A stretch of DNA of 45,863 bases from Atopobiaceae bacterium UBA7016 (GTDB lineage: Bacteria; Actinomycetota; Coriobacteriia; Coriobacteriales; Atopobiaceae): NCBI GenBank assembly GCA_002449555.1, contig DJXA01000106.1, positions 1 through 45,863 on the forward strand. Reading direction: 5' to 3'. The position numbers and the translations under genes were made by a program. Each line of letters opens with the position of its first letter. The first letter of the stretch is position 1. Below the pieces are notes generated by a model. It saw nothing but the letters and a program-made list of their open reading frames with translations. It searched no databases and was not told the origin of the DNA. This document shows positions 43,068-45,863 of this stretch, piece after piece.

Positions 43068-44981
43068 CTAGTAGTGCGTGATGACGACGTCGCCAACCTC
43101 GGTCAGGCCATAGAGCTCCTCAGCCTTGTCGTAGGGGAGGTTCACACAGCCGTGGCTGCCGTCGGTCTGGTAGATGGTGCCGCCGAAGGAGTAGCGCCAC
43201 GTGGCGTCGTGCATGGCGACGGCGTTCCACACGAAGGGCATCCAGTAGGTGACGTAGCTCACGTACTCGGGCTCACCCGTGCGCTTGTCCTCGGGACCCT
43301 CAAGGCGGACGTTACCAGACTCCTTGTTGCCGTTCAGCTGCCAAACGCCCTCGGGAGTGCCGTGGCCCTCGCTCGTGTTGCCGGTCACGCAGTCGCTCTC
43401 CCAGATGAGGTTGCTGCTGCCGTCGTACATGCGCACGTGCTGCTCGGAGATGTCGATGTCGATGTAGCGATTGCCCCACTCCTGGCCGCCGGGGTTCCAC
43501 GAGCCAGCGGTCTGCAGCATGGGGATGTCGATGGTGGCGGCCGTTCCCGCCTTCACGTTGTCGCAGATCTGCTTGGCAAGCTCGCCGCCGTCGATGGTCC
43601 ACCCGTACTCGCCGCCGGTCACCGAGACGTTCTTGCCGTCGGGACGGGTGTAGCTGCGGGTCTTGCCCACGGTATCCAGCTTTTCCGAAAGCTCGCCGCG
43701 TGCCCACGTGGTGATGGCCTCCTGGTCAACAGTCACCTCAAGCTTGTCGGAGACCTTGGTCCAGCCCGCGATGAGGTCGGCACCGACCTCAAAGACCTCG
43801 TTTTCGCCCACGGTGAGCTTCTGGGTGGCGGAGAGCTTGGCGTTGACGTCGGCCACGCTCTTGGTGAGCTCGGCGTCGTCAGCCAGCACGGCAGGCTGCA
43901 CGAGGAGCTTCTCGTCGAGCTCCACCGCGGGTTCGAGCTCGTCAACCGCGGCGGTCACCAGCTTGACGATTTCCTCGGTCTTGAGCACGGTACCGGCCAC
44001 CTCGGGCACCACCTTGTACTGGTGTGCGGCCTCGTCGTAGGCATAGGTCGCGTCCTTGGGGGCCGTCGCCGTCTTGTTGAAGGCCTCCACGGCATCGGTC
44101 ACGGCCTTGGTGAGCTTGGCCTTGTCGTAGGTGATGGATTCGTCGGCGGTGAGGCTGTGGGGCTCGATGATCTCGAGCGGCCACTTCCAGGGGTCAAGGC
44201 TCGAGAGCGCCTCCTGTACGTAGGCCTGGCCATCGGAACGCAGGTCGACGTCGGCGGCGGTCAGCTTGAGGTCGATGCCCTGGCCCGTCACGGCAACCTG
44301 GTAGCCGCTCGTAGACTCGCTGTGCTTGGCGGCAACCTCCGCGATGGGCTGCAGCGACACGTCCTCGCCGTTGAGCGTGGTGTTGGGCATGAAGTACTGC
44401 TGAGAGGCCCAGACGCCTGCCGCGTAGGTGCCGCCAAGAAGGGCGAGGAGGAGCAGGCCGAGAACGAGGCCGAGCTTGCCGCGCTTCTTCTTTTTGGGTT
44501 CCTCGAAGGCGCCGTGCTTGGGGCCCGTCGAGGTTAGGGTCTCAATGGGCTGGGGAGTGGCGGCTGGCGTCTCCACGGTTGCGTCGGTGACGTCATCGCC
44601 AGCGCCAACCGCGGGTGCGACCTCGGCAACGTCCAGAACCGAGGGCAGGTTGTCGAGGGACGATACGGCGCGTGCCTCGTCCTTGGCGGCCTCGGAGGCC
44701 ACGACGGTCTCTGTGGGAACCGCAACCACGGTCTCAGCCGGTGCGGCGATGACGGTCTCGGCGGCGGGCGCGATCACGGTCTCGGCGGCCGCCGCGACGG
44801 TCGTCTCCTCGGCGGCGGGGGTGGTGACCCCAGCGTCCACCTGCGCAAGAATCTCGTTCATAATGGCGTCGAGCGCCTCGTCTACCGATGCCTCAGCGCG
44901 TTTCGTTGTCTCCTCTGGGAGGTTCTCTTTAGGCTCGTCCTCAGGAACGAACTCGGCTCCCTCTTGTGTCTCTGTACTCAC
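43068..44981 (-). CDS. L,D-transpeptidase (YkuD domain) with a YoaR/VanW-like extracellular region and an acidic repetitive cytoplasmic N-terminus, 637 aa
   Basis: GTG start at 44981 after GAGGAAG. One TM span (GLVLGLLLLALLGG). C-terminal HDATWR...GSHGCVNLP catalytic motif. Confidence 0.88.
   Translation of the reverse strand: MSTETQEGAEFVPEDEPKENLPEETTKRAEASVDEALDAIMNEILAQVDAGVTTPAAEETTVAAAAETVIAPAAETVIAAPAETVVAVPTETVVASEAAKDEARAVSSLDNLPSVLDVAEVAPAVGAGDDVTDATVETPAATPQPIETLTSTGPKHGAFEEPKKKKRGKLGLVLGLLLLALLGGTYAAGVWASQQYFMPNTTLNGEDVSLQPIAEVAAKHSESTSGYQVAVTGQGIDLKLTAADVDLRSDGQAYVQEALSSLDPWKWPLEIIEPHSLTADESITYDKAKLTKAVTDAVEAFNKTATAPKDATYAYDEAAHQYKVVPEVAGTVLKTEEIVKLVTAAVDELEPAVELDEKLLVQPAVLADDAELTKSVADVNAKLSATQKLTVGENEVFEVGADLIAGWTKVSDKLEVTVDQEAITTWARGELSEKLDTVGKTRSYTRPDGKNVSVTGGEYGWTIDGGELAKQICDNVKAGTAATIDIPMLQTAGSWNPGGQEWGNRYIDIDISEQHVRMYDGSSNLIWESDCVTGNTSEGHGTPEGVWQLNGNKESGNVRLEGPEDKRTGEPEYVSYVTYWMPFVWNAVAMHDATWRYSFGGTIYQTDGSHGCVNLPYDKAEELYGLTEVGDVVITHY
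44691..44810 (-). repeat. Coding 24-nt tandem repeat (8-residue xAETV[IV]Ax units, 4-5 copies) in the ldt N-terminus
   Basis: ACGGTCTC recurs on the plus strand at 44704, 44728, 44752 and 44776, with a variant near 44797. The protein reads AAAETVIAPAAETVIAAPAETVVAVPTETVVA. Confidence 0.8.
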
Positions 44982-45100
44982 GAGCTTCCTCGTTGTTCGT
45001 GTCTTGGCTGCGTTATCGTGCGGTCTCTGGTGTGAGATGCTGCAGTGGTTACGCTATGGTACCTCACGTGAAGGGACGTTTGGGCCAAGGAGGGCAAAGC

Positions 45101-45863
45101 ATGCCGACCATTCACGTTACAAATCTTGCCGACGAGCGCCTTGACGTGTACACGAGGCTGACCGACCACCAGCTGCGGAACGCCCTGGAGCCCGAGCGGG
45201 CGGTGATGGTGGTCGAGTCTCCGTTTGCCTTGGAGGTTGCCCTGCGCGAGGGGTATGAGCCGCTTTCGCTGTTGCTTGACGAGCGCCACGCGGAGTCGAT
45301 GCTGCCGCTGATGGAGAGCGTCGACCCTTCGGTGCCGGTGTTTCTTGCCTCGCGCGAGGTGATGAGTGAGCTTGTGGGGTTCAAGGTGACACGCGGCGTG
45401 ATGGGGGCGTTTCGTCGTCCGCGGCCACGCTCGGTTGACGAGGTGCTGGAAGGCACCCAGCGCGTGGCGGTGCTGGAGGGGCTGGTGGACGTCTCCAACG
45501 TAGGCGCCATCTTCCGCTCTGCCGCGGCGCTTGGCTTCGATGCGGTGCTGCTTGACCCCACGTGCGCGGACCCGCTGGCGCGCCGCGCGCTGCGCGTGTC
45601 CATGGGCACGGTTCTGCAGGTGCCTTGGGCTGTGCTTCCAGCTGAGGGGGAGGGTGGCTGGCCTGAAGGGGCGCTTGCACGGCTGCATGAGCTGGGGTTT
45701 CATGTGGCTGCCATGGCTCTGGTGGACGGCGCGACGTCCCTCGACAGTCCCGAGCTTGCGGCGTACGACCGCCTAGCGCTGGTCTTCGGCAGCGAGGGCT
45801 GGGGAATCTCGGCCAAGGCGCTCGCCCTGTGCGACGAGGCAGTGATCATCCCGATGGCCCACG
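45101..45863 (+). CDS. TrmH/SpoU-family RNA 2'-O-methyltransferase; 3' end beyond the window (254 codons present)
   Basis: ATG at 45101 after AAGGAGGG. Open to the window edge. VLEGLVDVSNVGAIFRSAAALGFDAVLL and LVFGSEGWGIS motifs. Confidence 0.85.
   Translation, partial: MPTIHVTNLADERLDVYTRLTDHQLRNALEPERAVMVVESPFALEVALREGYEPLSLLLDERHAESMLPLMESVDPSVPVFLASREVMSELVGFKVTRGVMGAFRRPRPRSVDEVLEGTQRVAVLEGLVDVSNVGAIFRSAAALGFDAVLLDPTCADPLARRALRVSMGTVLQVPWAVLPAEGEGGWPEGALARLHELGFHVAAMALVDGATSLDSPELAAYDRLALVFGSEGWGISAKALALCDEAVIIPMAH

Noticed and set aside
42564-43096. ORFs 42564-42788(+), 42506-42796(+) and 42782-43096(-), with mutually similar peptides (AQTVLEGP...).
   Set aside because: The peptide similarity is a by-product of the inverted DNA repeats. 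These ORFs have no SD and atypical low GC3, and one overlaps the ldt 3' end.

Overview
This is a 45.9-kb high-GC chromosomal segment. Hand counts give 75 G+C per 100 nt in a typical gene. The gene order is Firmicutes-like: priA-def-fmt-rsmB; thiN / rpmB / asp23-DAK2-recG-rsmD-coaD; yceD-rpmF; plsX-acpP-rnc-smc-ftsY-ffh. From that order in a high-GC background I infer, but cannot prove, a Coriobacteriia-type Gram-positive.

I call about 41 protein genes. Two were missed by the ORF track: rpmF (59 aa) and the partial MBL-fold gene at the left edge. The partial TrmH-family gene at the right edge is also missing from the track. Two classical riboswitch leaders are present: a Trp T-box upstream of an orphan trpB2, and a SAM-I riboswitch upstream of metK.

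The region from 15.4 to 42.5 kb is ordinary housekeeping. The region from 0 to 15 kb is more accessory. It holds:
- a UPF0104 flippase-like protein
- an unknown low-GC polytopic membrane protein
- an MBOAT plus DltD-like acyltransferase pair
- a TetR regulator
- a small Cys4 protein plus a sortase-fold protein
- a degenerate ABC ATPase plus a 978-aa YhgE/Pip protein

I saw no rRNA, tRNA, CRISPR array, transposase, integrase or phage genes, and no recognisable defence system.

The content not explained by ordinary annotation is non-coding. Almost every operon end carries a long, often perfectly paired GC-rich palindrome without a U-tract. Several of these fall into sequence families:
- a 42-nt GCGAATGTTGAC-N18-GTCAACATTCGC unit
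- a CCACCAAGG...CCTTGGTGG hairpin that brackets one gene
- a shared GGACCAGAGGGTCGGACC core
- an inverted pair of ~105-nt two-tier hairpins after ffh and after the convergent L,D-transpeptidase gene, with invariant internal loops and compensatory stem changes; this is the most striking case

All family assignments come from motif recognition by eye. No database search or folding program was run.
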